Shown here: positions 29,640-38,112 of the stretch, one piece after another
How positions within the stretch are numbered: the first letter of the stretch is position 1
How the letters are laid out: every line of letters begins with the position of its first letter
Assembly: GCA_043819075.1 (NCBI GenBank)
Contig: JBDRFE010000002.1
Coordinates: 114 to 64,113 of the forward strand
DNA from: an archaeon
GTDB taxonomy: Archaea > Iainarchaeota > Iainarchaeia > Iainarchaeales > 1-14-0-10-31-34
DNA: 64,000 bases
Direction: 5' to 3'
Notes under the pieces: generated by a model
What the model saw: only the letters and a program-made list of their open reading frames with translations
What the model was told of the DNA's origin: nothing
The model's database searches: none
Program-made: the position numbers and the translations under genes

Positions 29640-30049
29640 ACTCCGCATTGTGTTCTGATTATTGTCCCGTCTGCTGCAACAGTAAAAACTTTTTCTTCTC
29701 CGCTGAAATCCACGAACAAATTATAAAACACTGAATTAAGCTTTACTGCGCTTGTCATTGTGTGTGGCTCTGAAAAAACAAGCAGGTATTTTTCTACAAC
29801 TGAAATTGCCTGCTGTTCGTTTTGTATTGTTGTATTGCCTTCAAACAAAACAGGGTCTTCAACTGAAGATTCACACCAGCAGTTGTCAACCATACAGGCG
29901 AACAACCCGCACACATCGTCTTTTTGCTGAATGCATTTGTCTGGCACTTTAACTGCTTCGGCGTCATCAAACAAAACTTTTTCCTGTGCACAGCCAGACA
30001 AAAAAACAAGCAAAACCAAAAACAAACCAACAAAAACCTTGTTTTTCAT
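29636..30049 (-). CDS. putative lipoprotein, Cys-rich
   Basis: MKNKVFVGLFLVLLVFLSGCAQ is a lipobox-like signal. 137 aa. Confidence 0.45.
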   Translation of the reverse strand: MKNKVFVGLFLVLLVFLSGCAQEKVLFDDAEAVKVPDKCIQQKDDVCGLFACMVDNCWCESSVEDPVLFEGNTTIQNEQQAISVVEKYLLVFSEPHTMTSAVKLNSVFYNLFVDFSGEEKVFTVAADGTIIRTQCGV

Positions 30050-30069
30050 GCTAAAAGAATGGTTTTGGA

Positions 30070-30939
30070 TTATATAAATTTTGTGTTTTTTCCTTTTTGT
30101 TCTGCAAACAAAAGCACGTCTCCGTAGTGCTTTCTTTTTTTTACTTTAAACCCTTTTGAAGACAAAAATTCAATCAAGTGCTCCGGCCTGTTTTTTCCCA
30201 CAAAATGTGCTTCCATTGAAATTCTTGTAATTTTTTCAAGAATTTTATCTGGCGCATTAAAAAGAATTTCATATTCTGCGCCTTCAGCATCCATTTTAAG
30301 CAAATCGCATTTTTCTAGTTTGTTTTCAGAGAAAACGTTTTCCAAGGAAATTGTATTGCATTCAATGAACCCCTTATTTTTCCCAAAAAGATTGCTTTTC
30401 CCAAAAAAAGAGTGCCCGCCTGTATTGTTTTCGCTTAAAAAAATCTTTTGTTTTCCGTTTTTTCCTGCAACAGCCTTGTTGAATGCAACAACCCTGTTTT
30501 TACGGTTATTTAATGCAAGATTTTTTTTAAGCAGTTCAAAGTTTTCCGGAACAGGCTCAAAAGCAAAAACTTTTCCCACTCTCCGGGAAATAAAAACAGA
30601 AAAAAAGCCTGCCTGCGCTCCGATGTCAAGCACAGCAGATTTGCTATCTAAAAAAATTTTGTCTGTTCTGTACTGGTCGGCTATTGCTGTTTCAACAAAA
30701 ATATCCCTGTCTTTTGTTTTTGTACGGGTAATGAATTTTGTGCCGTTTCTTAATTCAAAAATTATTTGTTTTTGGTTTGAAATGTTTTGTGAATTAAGCA
30801 GGTAATCTTTCCAGTTTTTTACTTCAAGGATTACTTTAAATGCATAATAAGCGTTAAGGCACTTGATTAAAACAGTATCCGCAATCTGCCTCAGCAAACG
30901 AAACACAAAAACAGGAATCCTCTTAAAATAACTGTTCAC
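30070..30939 (-). CDS. FkbM-family SAM-dependent methyltransferase
   Basis: VLDIGAQAGFFSVFISRRVGKVFAFEPVPENFELLKKNLALN matches the FkbM domain. Confidence 0.7.
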   Translation of the reverse strand: MNSYFKRIPVFVFRLLRQIADTVLIKCLNAYYAFKVILEVKNWKDYLLNSQNISNQKQIIFELRNGTKFITRTKTKDRDIFVETAIADQYRTDKIFLDSKSAVLDIGAQAGFFSVFISRRVGKVFAFEPVPENFELLKKNLALNNRKNRVVAFNKAVAGKNGKQKIFLSENNTGGHSFFGKSNLFGKNKGFIECNTISLENVFSENKLEKCDLLKMDAEGAEYEILFNAPDKILEKITRISMEAHFVGKNRPEHLIEFLSSKGFKVKKRKHYGDVLLFAEQKGKNTKFI

Positions 30940-30965
30940 GCAAGAAAAAAACAGGAAAACTTCTT

Positions 30966-31340
30966 TTAAACTTCTTTGCTGTTAAGCCTGTTAAACTCTC
31001 TTTCAACAGTGTTTTTATTCACAAAAGGCTTGTGGTGCCTGAATCCTCCGCCAAAAGCATGAGGAATGTGCATTAGTTCATGAATCAGGGTTTTTGTCTG
31101 CTCTTCTTCTGCTTGGCTGAAAAATGGCTCCATTAATTCAATTACATAAAAAGGCTCCTGCTGCATGCCAATCTGCACTGCCTTGCCAATAGTGTGGATT
31201 CTGGCAATAGTTCTTTTTGTTTTAGTGCCGTTAGAGACAATGCAAGAAACCCTGTCTAACTGAATGTGTTTGAAATCCAGTTTCTGAATTAAATCCCTTG
31301 CTTTTAAAGTAAATGCTGTAGAAAACTCGTATTTCACCAA
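30966..31340 (-). CDS. SprT/Wss1-like zinc metallopeptidase (HExxH)
   Basis: TLIHELMHIPHAFGGGFRHH. 124 aa. TTG start. Confidence 0.45.
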   Translation of the reverse strand: MVKYEFSTAFTLKARDLIQKLDFKHIQLDRVSCIVSNGTKTKRTIARIHTIGKAVQIGMQQEPFYVIELMEPFFSQAEEEQTKTLIHELMHIPHAFGGGFRHHKPFVNKNTVEREFNRLNSKEV

Positions 31341-31374
31341 AAAAACCCGTAGTTATGTATAAGCTTGTTTTTGG

Positions 31375-31743
31375 TTATTTGAATTCGTTTATGTTTGCTT
31401 TTATTGTGAGCCTGCCTGAGCTTGTTGCATTCAGCAAGGGGCCGCCAAAAGAATTTGAATTATTTCCCGCCAGAGAAACAACTAATTCTCCTTTATAACC
31501 CATGTTTCCTTTTTCAAAAAACACCCCGTGTACTGAAGTCAGCTTGAATTCCTCATCAAAATGCTTTCTCCTGAATGCCCCACCTATAAAAATATTCAGG
31601 TCAAAGTTTTTTATTCTTCCTTCAACACTCCTTATTGTGGCGCGCTGTATCTTGTTTTCTGCCAGCGCATTCTTTATTCCTGAAATCAATTCTTCCCCGT
31701 CTTCAAACTCCATTGCAATAATTTTGTTTTGTTCCATAAACAA
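31375..31743 (-). CDS. PPC (DUF296)-domain protein
   Basis: GELVVSLAGNNSNSFGGPLLNATSSGRLTIKANINEF resembles the DUF296 core. 122 aa. Confidence 0.35.
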   Translation of the reverse strand: MFMEQNKIIAMEFEDGEELISGIKNALAENKIQRATIRSVEGRIKNFDLNIFIGGAFRRKHFDEEFKLTSVHGVFFEKGNMGYKGELVVSLAGNNSNSFGGPLLNATSSGRLTIKANINEFK

Positions 31744-31850
31744 CCCCTGCCTTTTATTATATATTTATTACAATAAAACCAAATAAAAAACAAATCGCTT
31801 GGCTTCCTGAACAAAGAAACTTTATTAACCCAGGCAAACATACTTTTTTC

Positions 31851-32711
31851 GTGCCCAAAGAACCCAATGCATTCACTGAAGAGCAAAAAATTGCCCTGCA
31901 GAGGACAAGAGAAGAATTAGTTATAAGTGGTTACTCCGAAAAAACAATTAAAATGTATTTATGCTACTTAGAAAATTTTTTTAGGATTGTTTCAAAACCA
32001 TTGAATGGCATTGCAAGAGAAGACATTGTGAAATACATTGCGTTGAAAAAAGAAAAAGACTCGCTTTCAAATTCATCCCTTTCCCTTATCCACGCTGCAT
32101 TAAAATTCTTTTTTGAAAAAATAATGAAAAACAAGGTATTAAATGAAATAATAATACCAAAAAAAGAAAAAAAACTTCCAAATGTGCTTACACAAAAAGA
32201 AATAAAAGCATTAATTAAGGCTGCGAGAGCCGGAAGGGACAGGACAATAATTGAATTCCTTTACTCCAGCGGGGTAAGAGTAAGTGAATGTTCTTCAATG
32301 AAAGTTGCAAGCCTTGAGTTAAATGAGGGAATTGCAAGAGTTAAAGGCGGGAAAGGAAAAAAAGACAGAATAATAATCCTTTCAAAAAAATGGATGCATA
32401 ATTTAAAAAAATATTTGAAAAGAAAAAAAATCCAGAGTGAATTCGTGTTCTCCAAGAAAAACGGCAAGCCAATCACCCCAGACACCATAGAACGGTTGGT
32501 GAAAAAATGCGCTGAAAAAGCAGGAATACAAAAACATGTCACCCCTCACTCACTCAGGCACAGTTTTGCCACACACTTGCTTGAGTCAGGGGAAAATATA
32601 AGGAAAATACAGGAACTGTTAGGCCACAGCAACCTGGCCACAACCCAGATTTATACTTTTGTTTCAACAGAAGAGCTCAAAAAAGTCCAGAGCCCTTTAG
32701 ACAGGCTTTGA
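31851..32711 (+). CDS. tyrosine recombinase, XerC/XerD (archaeal XerA)-type integrase
   Basis: C-terminal HSLRHSFATHLLESGENIRKIQELLGHSNLATTQIYT with the catalytic R..H..R..Y. An N-terminal SAM-like core-binding domain. Confidence 0.85.
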   Translation: MPKEPNAFTEEQKIALQRTREELVISGYSEKTIKMYLCYLENFFRIVSKPLNGIAREDIVKYIALKKEKDSLSNSSLSLIHAALKFFFEKIMKNKVLNEIIIPKKEKKLPNVLTQKEIKALIKAARAGRDRTIIEFLYSSGVRVSECSSMKVASLELNEGIARVKGGKGKKDRIIILSKKWMHNLKKYLKRKKIQSEFVFSKKNGKPITPDTIERLVKKCAEKAGIQKHVTPHSLRHSFATHLLESGENIRKIQELLGHSNLATTQIYTFVSTEELKKVQSPLDRL

Positions 32712-32986
32712 CACCCTGCAATTCCGGTAATAACCGCAAAATTCCAATAACAAACGGGTTTTGGCAAAAAGACAAAAAAACAAAAAAAATTATGTATATC
32801 TTAACCAAAAGAGGTTTGTGTGGTGTCTGCTTATAACATAAAAAAAAACCAGTTATGTATATTTGTGTTTTTTGATTTTTTTTAGCCAGCAAAACACTGA
32901 AAAACAAGGGTTTTTCACATAACAAACCCAAAAGTTTATATATATAAATGAAGTTATTATTTAATCAAAGTTTTTGAGGTGTTTTT

Positions 32987-33307
32987 GTGACCGTTAGATT
33001 GTCAAAACTATTTGGAATAGACATTTACACTGAGAACGCAGAATACAAGGGAAAAGTCTTTGATTTAGTTATTAATTTGGAAAAGGGAAGAATTGAAACA
33101 ATTACGACCGAACCATTGAAAGTTAAATCAAAACAGGAAGCAAAAAAAATAATTAAAGAAAAAAGCGTCCCTTATAGAAACGTTAAGTCAGCAAAAGATA
33201 TTCTGATAGTTAGAACCGGAAGAGTTGACATTGAAGAAGAAGAAGCAGAAGCTGTGGCAGCCAAGCCGCAAAAATCTTATTATTCTTCTTATGTCAGAAG
33301 AAGATAA
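32987..33307 (+). CDS. PRC-barrel domain protein
   Basis: LFGIDIYTENAEYKGKVFDLVINLEKGRIETI matches the PRC-barrel pattern. GTG start with GAGGTG upstream. Confidence 0.45.
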   Translation: MTVRLSKLFGIDIYTENAEYKGKVFDLVINLEKGRIETITTEPLKVKSKQEAKKIIKEKSVPYRNVKSAKDILIVRTGRVDIEEEEAEAVAAKPQKSYYSSYVRRR

Positions 33308-33494
33308 CTTTGTTTTTTTACAAGGTTATTTCTTCACTTTTTACCTCTAAACTTCTGTTTATATTCCTGCTTTATAAATAATGCTTTAAATCAGTTATTT
33401 TTAGCAAACATTTATATTTAATTAGAGTATAATATATATACATAAAAACATGTTAGTTATTAATATAACACATTACTGGAAGTAAGGGGTCTCT

Positions 33495-34082
33495 GTGAAA
33501 GGGTATTTTGTGCAGTATAAATTTATTCTGCCTAAAGACATAAAACATTCTTCTTATACCTATCAGAAGCTTTTCAGGGCAATTTATGGTTATTCCCAGC
33601 AGGTTTCAAAATCAAACGGAAAAACCTATGTCTATCACAGGCCCGGAGTTCTCTCAGATACGCCTTTCATAAAGCATGGAAAGAATTGTGTTGTAATCCC
33701 ACAAGAAAAATTTTCTGAGTTAATAAATTTTTTCAAGACAGGAAAAAACCCAAGCCACTCCTGGGCAGTTAAAGGCGACTGGAAAGCAGTCTATTATTTA
33801 AATGAAAAAGAGATTCACGAACCAGATATAATTAAGTCTCTTGAAAATCTTATTGACAGGACTTACATCATTAATCCATTAAAAGAGCACGGGTCAATCC
33901 TGCCTGAAATGGAAAAATTAAGGAAACAGGTTGTTGAAAAGAAAAATCCAGACAGCGGGTTTTCCCAGACTGTTTTGAATGAATCAAAGAAAATAGTTAA
34001 CTCACAGTGGTTCAAGGATGTTTATTCAAAGTCTGATAAGCTAAAACACTTCCACTCACTGCACAGCTTTCTCAAAGGCTAA
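33495..34082 (+). CDS. hypothetical protein
   Basis: 195 aa, GTG start with AAGGGG upstream. No motif recognised. Confidence 0.4.
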   Translation: MKGYFVQYKFILPKDIKHSSYTYQKLFRAIYGYSQQVSKSNGKTYVYHRPGVLSDTPFIKHGKNCVVIPQEKFSELINFFKTGKNPSHSWAVKGDWKAVYYLNEKEIHEPDIIKSLENLIDRTYIINPLKEHGSILPEMEKLRKQVVEKKNPDSGFSQTVLNESKKIVNSQWFKDVYSKSDKLKHFHSLHSFLKG

Positions 34083-34484
34083 TAATTTTTCTTCTTCTTT
34101 TATTTTTTCCTTGATTTTTATTATTAAATCCTTTTTTCTCCATTTTCTTTTTCCGCCCACGCTGGTGGTTTCCAACAGGCCGACATCAACTAAAGTCTTA
34201 ATATATGGGTAAAGGCTTCTGTCATTTTTGTAATCTATAAGAAATAATTCCTGGATTCTCCTTTTTATTTCATCCATTGGAACCCATTCGTCAAAGCTAA
34301 TAACTGAAAGGATGTGGTGTGCCTGGGTATTTTCAATTAAATTTATGTAATCCCATAAACTATAAATCCCAAAAGAACTTTCTTTTTCTTCAGTCTCGTA
34401 AATTGTTTCAGATTTTTTTTCTGTTTTTTTCTCTGAAAAAACCGAAAAAATTTTGTTTAAAAATTCTTTTAACACAACAATCAA
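34056..34484 (-). CDS. hypothetical protein, possible winged-helix regulator
   Basis: 142 aa. The C-terminal LYPYIKTLVDVGLLETTSVGGKRKWRK is wHTH-like. Confidence 0.4.
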   Translation of the reverse strand: MIVVLKEFLNKIFSVFSEKKTEKKSETIYETEEKESSFGIYSLWDYINLIENTQAHHILSVISFDEWVPMDEIKRRIQELFLIDYKNDRSLYPYIKTLVDVGLLETTSVGGKRKWRKKDLIIKIKEKIKEEEKLLAFEKAVQ

Positions 34485-34485
34485 T

Positions 34486-35096
34486 ATTATAATTACCTTA
34501 ACTACTTAAAAACTTAACCGTTTTTACCTTTTTTACTGGTAATTACTCGTTTTTTTGTGTTTTTTTAGTTAAATCAGGCACTTATCGTGCCTTAAAACGC
34601 CAAATAAAGCCATTTTGTCTAAAAGTGAGTTTTTGTGTTGTTTGCTAGTTGGTGTGCTGTACACTAATTTTATCGCGAGTTTGTTTTGTTGTTTTATAAG
34701 TGAGTTTGTTTTTTGGTTGTTTTTCGGTTTGTTGAGTTGTGCTTTTCAATGCATGAATAAGTATTTTTAGCTTTGGCTGTCTTATGAGTCCTTTTTTTGC
34801 TTTTTGTGTTTAGAATTAGCTGTTTTTGAGTGTTTTTTTAGTAGCGGGGGAAGGATTTGAACCTTCGACCTTCGGGTTATGAGCCCGACGGGCACTCCTG
34901 GCTGCCCTACCCCGCTGACTTTTTTTTTAGGTTTAAAGCTTTTTTATCGCTTTTTTAGTTCTTTTAACCTTTTTTTTGCTTTTTTTGGCGGCTCTTTCGT
35001 GTTTTTTTACTTTAAAACCAGTTTAACCTTTTTTTTTGGTTTTTTCTTTTTGTTAGTTGTTTTCTTTTATTTGTCCAACTTTTTGTGTTTTTTTTG
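34486..35096 (+). repeat. T-rich non-coding region with phased T-tracts flanking the tRNAi gene
   Basis: Multiple T6-T9 runs at about 10-12 bp spacing on the + strand on both sides of the tRNA. Only low-complexity ORFs. Confidence 0.45.
34842..34916 (-). tRNA. initiator tRNA-Met (CAT), archaeal type
   Basis: Minus-strand sequence AGCGGGG TA GGGC..GCCC G TCGGG CTCATAA CCCGA AGGTC GAAGG TTCAAAT CCTTC CCCCGCT A. It has an A1:U72 pair and three G-C pairs in the anticodon stem, close to the archaeal tRNAi consensus. No encoded CCA. Confidence 0.85.
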
Positions 35097-35624
35097 CTAT
35101 TTTGAAAGACCTTTTAATGCAGTTTCTATTACCCCTAACTGTTTTTTTATGTCTTTTATTCTTTTTTTGTTGTCAACTATTTCCATTGTTCCCCCGCATT
35201 TAGGGCATTTGAACTGGTATTCTGCTGCCACCTCAAATGGAACGCTGTCACACATTTGTTTGCATGAAAAAAACACATAATCTTTTTCAAACCCTAATTT
35301 TTTCTCTAAGTTTTCTATTTTCCCGCCTTGTTCTTCTATTATTAGTTCTGCTATTCTTTTTGTTTTTATTTCCCAAGTGTATGAATACCAGCCCGTTTTG
35401 TTGTTCTTTTTTTTGTCGTAGCAGGCAATTCCTCTGTAATGAAGCCTGTTAAGTATTGCTCTCACTTCAGTGATTTTCATTTTAGTCTGTTTTGCTATTT
35501 CTTCATCACTGAATCTCTTTTTTTTATCTTGGCAAACTCTTACTAAATCAACTGCTTTTTCCCCAGCCGTGTTTACTATAAAATTTCTTGCAAGTTCCTG
35601 TGCCATCATTTGTTTCTTTACCAT
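35097..35624 (-). CDS. tfe: transcription factor E (TFIIE-alpha homologue)
   Basis: N-terminal winged helix (ITEVRAILNRLHYRGIACY...TGWYSYTW) plus a C-terminal zinc ribbon FKCPKCGGTMEIVD. Confidence 0.75.
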   Translation of the reverse strand: MVKKQMMAQELARNFIVNTAGEKAVDLVRVCQDKKKRFSDEEIAKQTKMKITEVRAILNRLHYRGIACYDKKKNNKTGWYSYTWEIKTKRIAELIIEEQGGKIENLEKKLGFEKDYVFFSCKQMCDSVPFEVAAEYQFKCPKCGGTMEIVDNKKRIKDIKKQLGVIETALKGLSK

Positions 35625-35665
35625 ATATTGTTTTTTTGTGAATGATAATTTAAATTAATGTGGTT

Positions 35666-36196
35666 TCACTGCTTAATAGTTTTTTTCCCTTTTTTTTGGG
35701 GCACGATTTTTATTTTTGCTTTGGGAAACTTTTTCCAGAGCTCTTTTCCTTCAAACAATTCATGCAGTGCCAATGCAAGTGCAGCAATTTCTGAGTGCGG
35801 CTGTGTTCCAACAGAAACATTATAATCACTTTTCTGGTAAATTTCTGGAGGCACTTTTTCCCCGCCTATTATTATGCAAACTTTTTTTTCCTTTCTTAAT
35901 TCTTTTATTTTTTTTTGCAGTTCTTCCCCGTACATTGTCAGGTGAACCAGCGTAAAGCCTTGTTTTTTCAGTTCAGTTATTTCTTTTTTTCTGTCTTCAG
36001 AAAAACTTATTTTAAAATTTCCGCCCCACACTAAAACAACTTTTTTCACACTTTCTTCTATCGATTTGTCCTGTTCCCCGATTATTGTTATTTGTTCTGC
36101 GCCTAAAGCCCTTGCAGTTAAAGCACAGTGTGTTGTGGTCCTGATATCCCGGTAAATTCTGTGTCCAAGCCTTAAAACCCGCACTTTTTCAACCAT
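35666..36196 (-). CDS. tRNA (cytidine56-2'-O)-methyltransferase aTrm56 (SPOUT)
   Basis: VRVLRLGHRIYRDIRTTTHCALTARALGA matches the aTrm56 N-terminal signature. 176 aa. Confidence 0.75.
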   Translation of the reverse strand: MVEKVRVLRLGHRIYRDIRTTTHCALTARALGAEQITIIGEQDKSIEESVKKVVLVWGGNFKISFSEDRKKEITELKKQGFTLVHLTMYGEELQKKIKELRKEKKVCIIIGGEKVPPEIYQKSDYNVSVGTQPHSEIAALALALHELFEGKELWKKFPKAKIKIVPQKKGKKTIKQ

Positions 36197-36253
36197 ATTA
36201 TTTTATTGGTTACTTTCTATTTTTATATTAACTTATTATCACAGTGCGTTTGA

Positions 36254-37531
36254 ATGATTGATATTAAATTAGTAAGGGAAAACCCTTTTCTTGTAAGAAA
36301 AAACCTTGAAAGAAGGCAGACAAAAGAATGTTTGGTTTTGTTTGACGAGCTGGTTGAAAAAGACAAGGAAATGAGGAGTGTTTTGCAGGAAACAGAGGAA
36401 CTAAAACACAAAAGAAATATTGTTTCGCAGGAAATAAAGCAGTTGGTTTCGGCAAAAAAAGACGCGTCAAAAGAAATAATTGAAGCAAAAGACTTGCCAA
36501 TAAAAATAAAAGCAAAAGAAGATCTGCTCATTAAACTTAAAGAAGCCCAGAAAAACCTTTTGTACAGAATTCCTAATTTATTGCATAAAGACGTGCCTTT
36601 TGGCAAAGACGATTCACAAAACAAGGAAATCAGGCGAACAGGAAAAATTCCTTCTTATTCTTTTGAGTTAAGGCATCACGGTCAGTTTGCGGTGGAATTA
36701 GGCTTGGCTGACTTTGACAGGGCAGTAAAGATTTCTGGTTCAGGGTTTTATTTCCTTAAAGGAGATTTGGCTTTGCTTGAACAGGCTTTAAGGAAACTGG
36801 CAGTTGACTTGCTTGTAAAAAAGAATTATTTGTTTATCAGGCCGCCTTTTCTTTTGAGGAGAAAGCCTTACAGCGGGGTAACAGATTTAAATGATTTTGA
36901 AAATGTAATGTATAAAATCGAAGGGGAAGACCTTTATTTGATTGCAACTTCCGAACATCCGTTAGTTTCAATGTTTTTGGATGAAATTATTGAAGAAAAG
37001 CTTCCGTTGAAATTTGTTGCTTCTTCTCCTTGTTTTAGGAAAGAAGTCGGAAAACACGGGTTAGATGAAAGAGGCTTGTTTAGGGTGCATCAGTTTGATA
37101 AAGTAGAGCAGGTAATTATCTGCGACCCAAAGGATTCAGAGAAATTTCATGAAGAGCTTTTAAAAAATTCAGAGAACTTCCTTAAGCTTTTAAAAATTCC
37201 TTTTAGGACAGTTAATGTTTGTACTGGTGACATCGGAATTGTTGCGTCAAAAAAATATGATGTTGAAGCCTATTCTCCGAGGGAAAAAAAGTTTATTGAA
37301 GTAATGTCTTGTTCTAACTGTACAGATTATCAGGCAAGAAGGCTTAACATGCGTGTTGTTGTTAAAGGAGAAAAAATTTTTCCTCACACCTTAAACAACA
37401 CAATGGTTGCAACAGCAAGAATGCTTAGAGTTATTTTAGAGAATTTTCAGACAAAAAAGGGCACAGTGAAAATTCCAAAGGTGTTGTGGCCTTACCTGAA
37501 CGGCTTAAAGGAGTTAAAACCCAAAAAGTAA
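36254..37531 (+). CDS. serS: seryl-tRNA synthetase
   Basis: MIDIKLVRENP N-terminal coiled coil. Class II motifs (FRKEVGKHGLDERGLFRVHQFDKVE; GIVASKKYDVEAYSP). Confidence 0.9.
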   Translation: MIDIKLVRENPFLVRKNLERRQTKECLVLFDELVEKDKEMRSVLQETEELKHKRNIVSQEIKQLVSAKKDASKEIIEAKDLPIKIKAKEDLLIKLKEAQKNLLYRIPNLLHKDVPFGKDDSQNKEIRRTGKIPSYSFELRHHGQFAVELGLADFDRAVKISGSGFYFLKGDLALLEQALRKLAVDLLVKKNYLFIRPPFLLRRKPYSGVTDLNDFENVMYKIEGEDLYLIATSEHPLVSMFLDEIIEEKLPLKFVASSPCFRKEVGKHGLDERGLFRVHQFDKVEQVIICDPKDSEKFHEELLKNSENFLKLLKIPFRTVNVCTGDIGIVASKKYDVEAYSPREKKFIEVMSCSNCTDYQARRLNMRVVVKGEKIFPHTLNNTMVATARMLRVILENFQTKKGTVKIPKVLWPYLNGLKELKPKK

Positions 37532-37621
37532 GTTTAAATAAGTTTTTTCACTTAATTTTTTCAGCTGATTCTCAAAGACAGTTTATATTTTTATTGACAT
37601 AATTTTATTTATTGTTTTTCT

Positions 37622-37694
37622 GGGTCCGTAGCTCAGTCGGTAGAGCACCGGCCTTTTAAGCCGGGTGTCAGGGGTTCGAATCCCCTCGGACTCG
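37622..37694 (+). tRNA. tRNA-Lys (TTT)
   Basis: GGGTCCG TA GCTC AGTCGGTA GAGC A CCGGC CTTTTAA GCCGG GTGTC AGGGG TTCGAAT CCCCT CGGACTC G. Acceptor stem with one G-U pair. Upstream TATA-like TTTATATTTTTATT. Confidence 0.85.
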
Positions 37695-37815
37695 TTAGCC
37701 GCTTCAGTGCGGCTGTAACTGTGCACGGCGTTCGCTTCACTCAGCCGAGTGTGCTTCGCTTTCGCGGTTTCGCCCGCGAGCCCCGAAAAATGTCAAGCCA
37801 TTGCTTTGCAACGGC
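37695..37815 (+). repeat. GC-rich hairpin-dense repeat element (copy 1), between the two tRNA-Lys genes
   Basis: agccgcTTCAGTgcggct, cgcggTTTCGCccgcg and aagccattgcTTTgcaacggctt hairpins. Shares gtgcttcgcttt..cgcggtttcgcccgcgag and cactcagccgag segments with the element at 59160-59455. Confidence 0.6.
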
Positions 37816-37892
37816 TTATTAATTTCTCATTTCTTTCTTAAAACTTTTGCAGTTAAAATTTAAATGAATAAAACTTTTTTTGAAAAAGTTTT

Positions 37893-37980
37893 GGGCCCAT
37901 AGCTCAGTCGGTAGAGCACCAGCCTCTTAAAAAAGTTCAGGGAAAGCTGGGTGTCGGGGGTTCGAATCCCCCTGGGCTCG
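37893..37980 (+). tRNA. tRNA-Lys (CTT) with a 15-nt intron at canonical position 37/38
   Basis: GGGCCCA TA GCTC AGTCGGTA GAGC A CCAGC CTCTTAA [aaagttcagggaaa-type insert] GCTGG GTGTC GGGGG TTCGAAT CCCCC TGGGCTC G. Removing about 15 nt after the anticodon loop restores a 73-nt cloverleaf. Confidence 0.75.
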
Positions 37981-38112
37981 TAACTGCCACAGCTAGTTAA
38001 CATCTGAATATGTCGAGCTGTTTCATTTCATTCAACAGCTCATTAATATTTTTTTTCACCGGCAGTCATGTGTTTAGTTCTTGTTTTAAAAGAGAAAAAA
38101 TAATTTTTTATA

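Noticed and set aside
34879-35658. ORFs 34879-35280 (+), 35237-35452 (+) and 35470-35658 (+), in the T-rich region and antisense to tfe
   Set aside because: The translations are poly-F/L low complexity, driven by T-tracts. TFE on the opposite strand is strongly supported.
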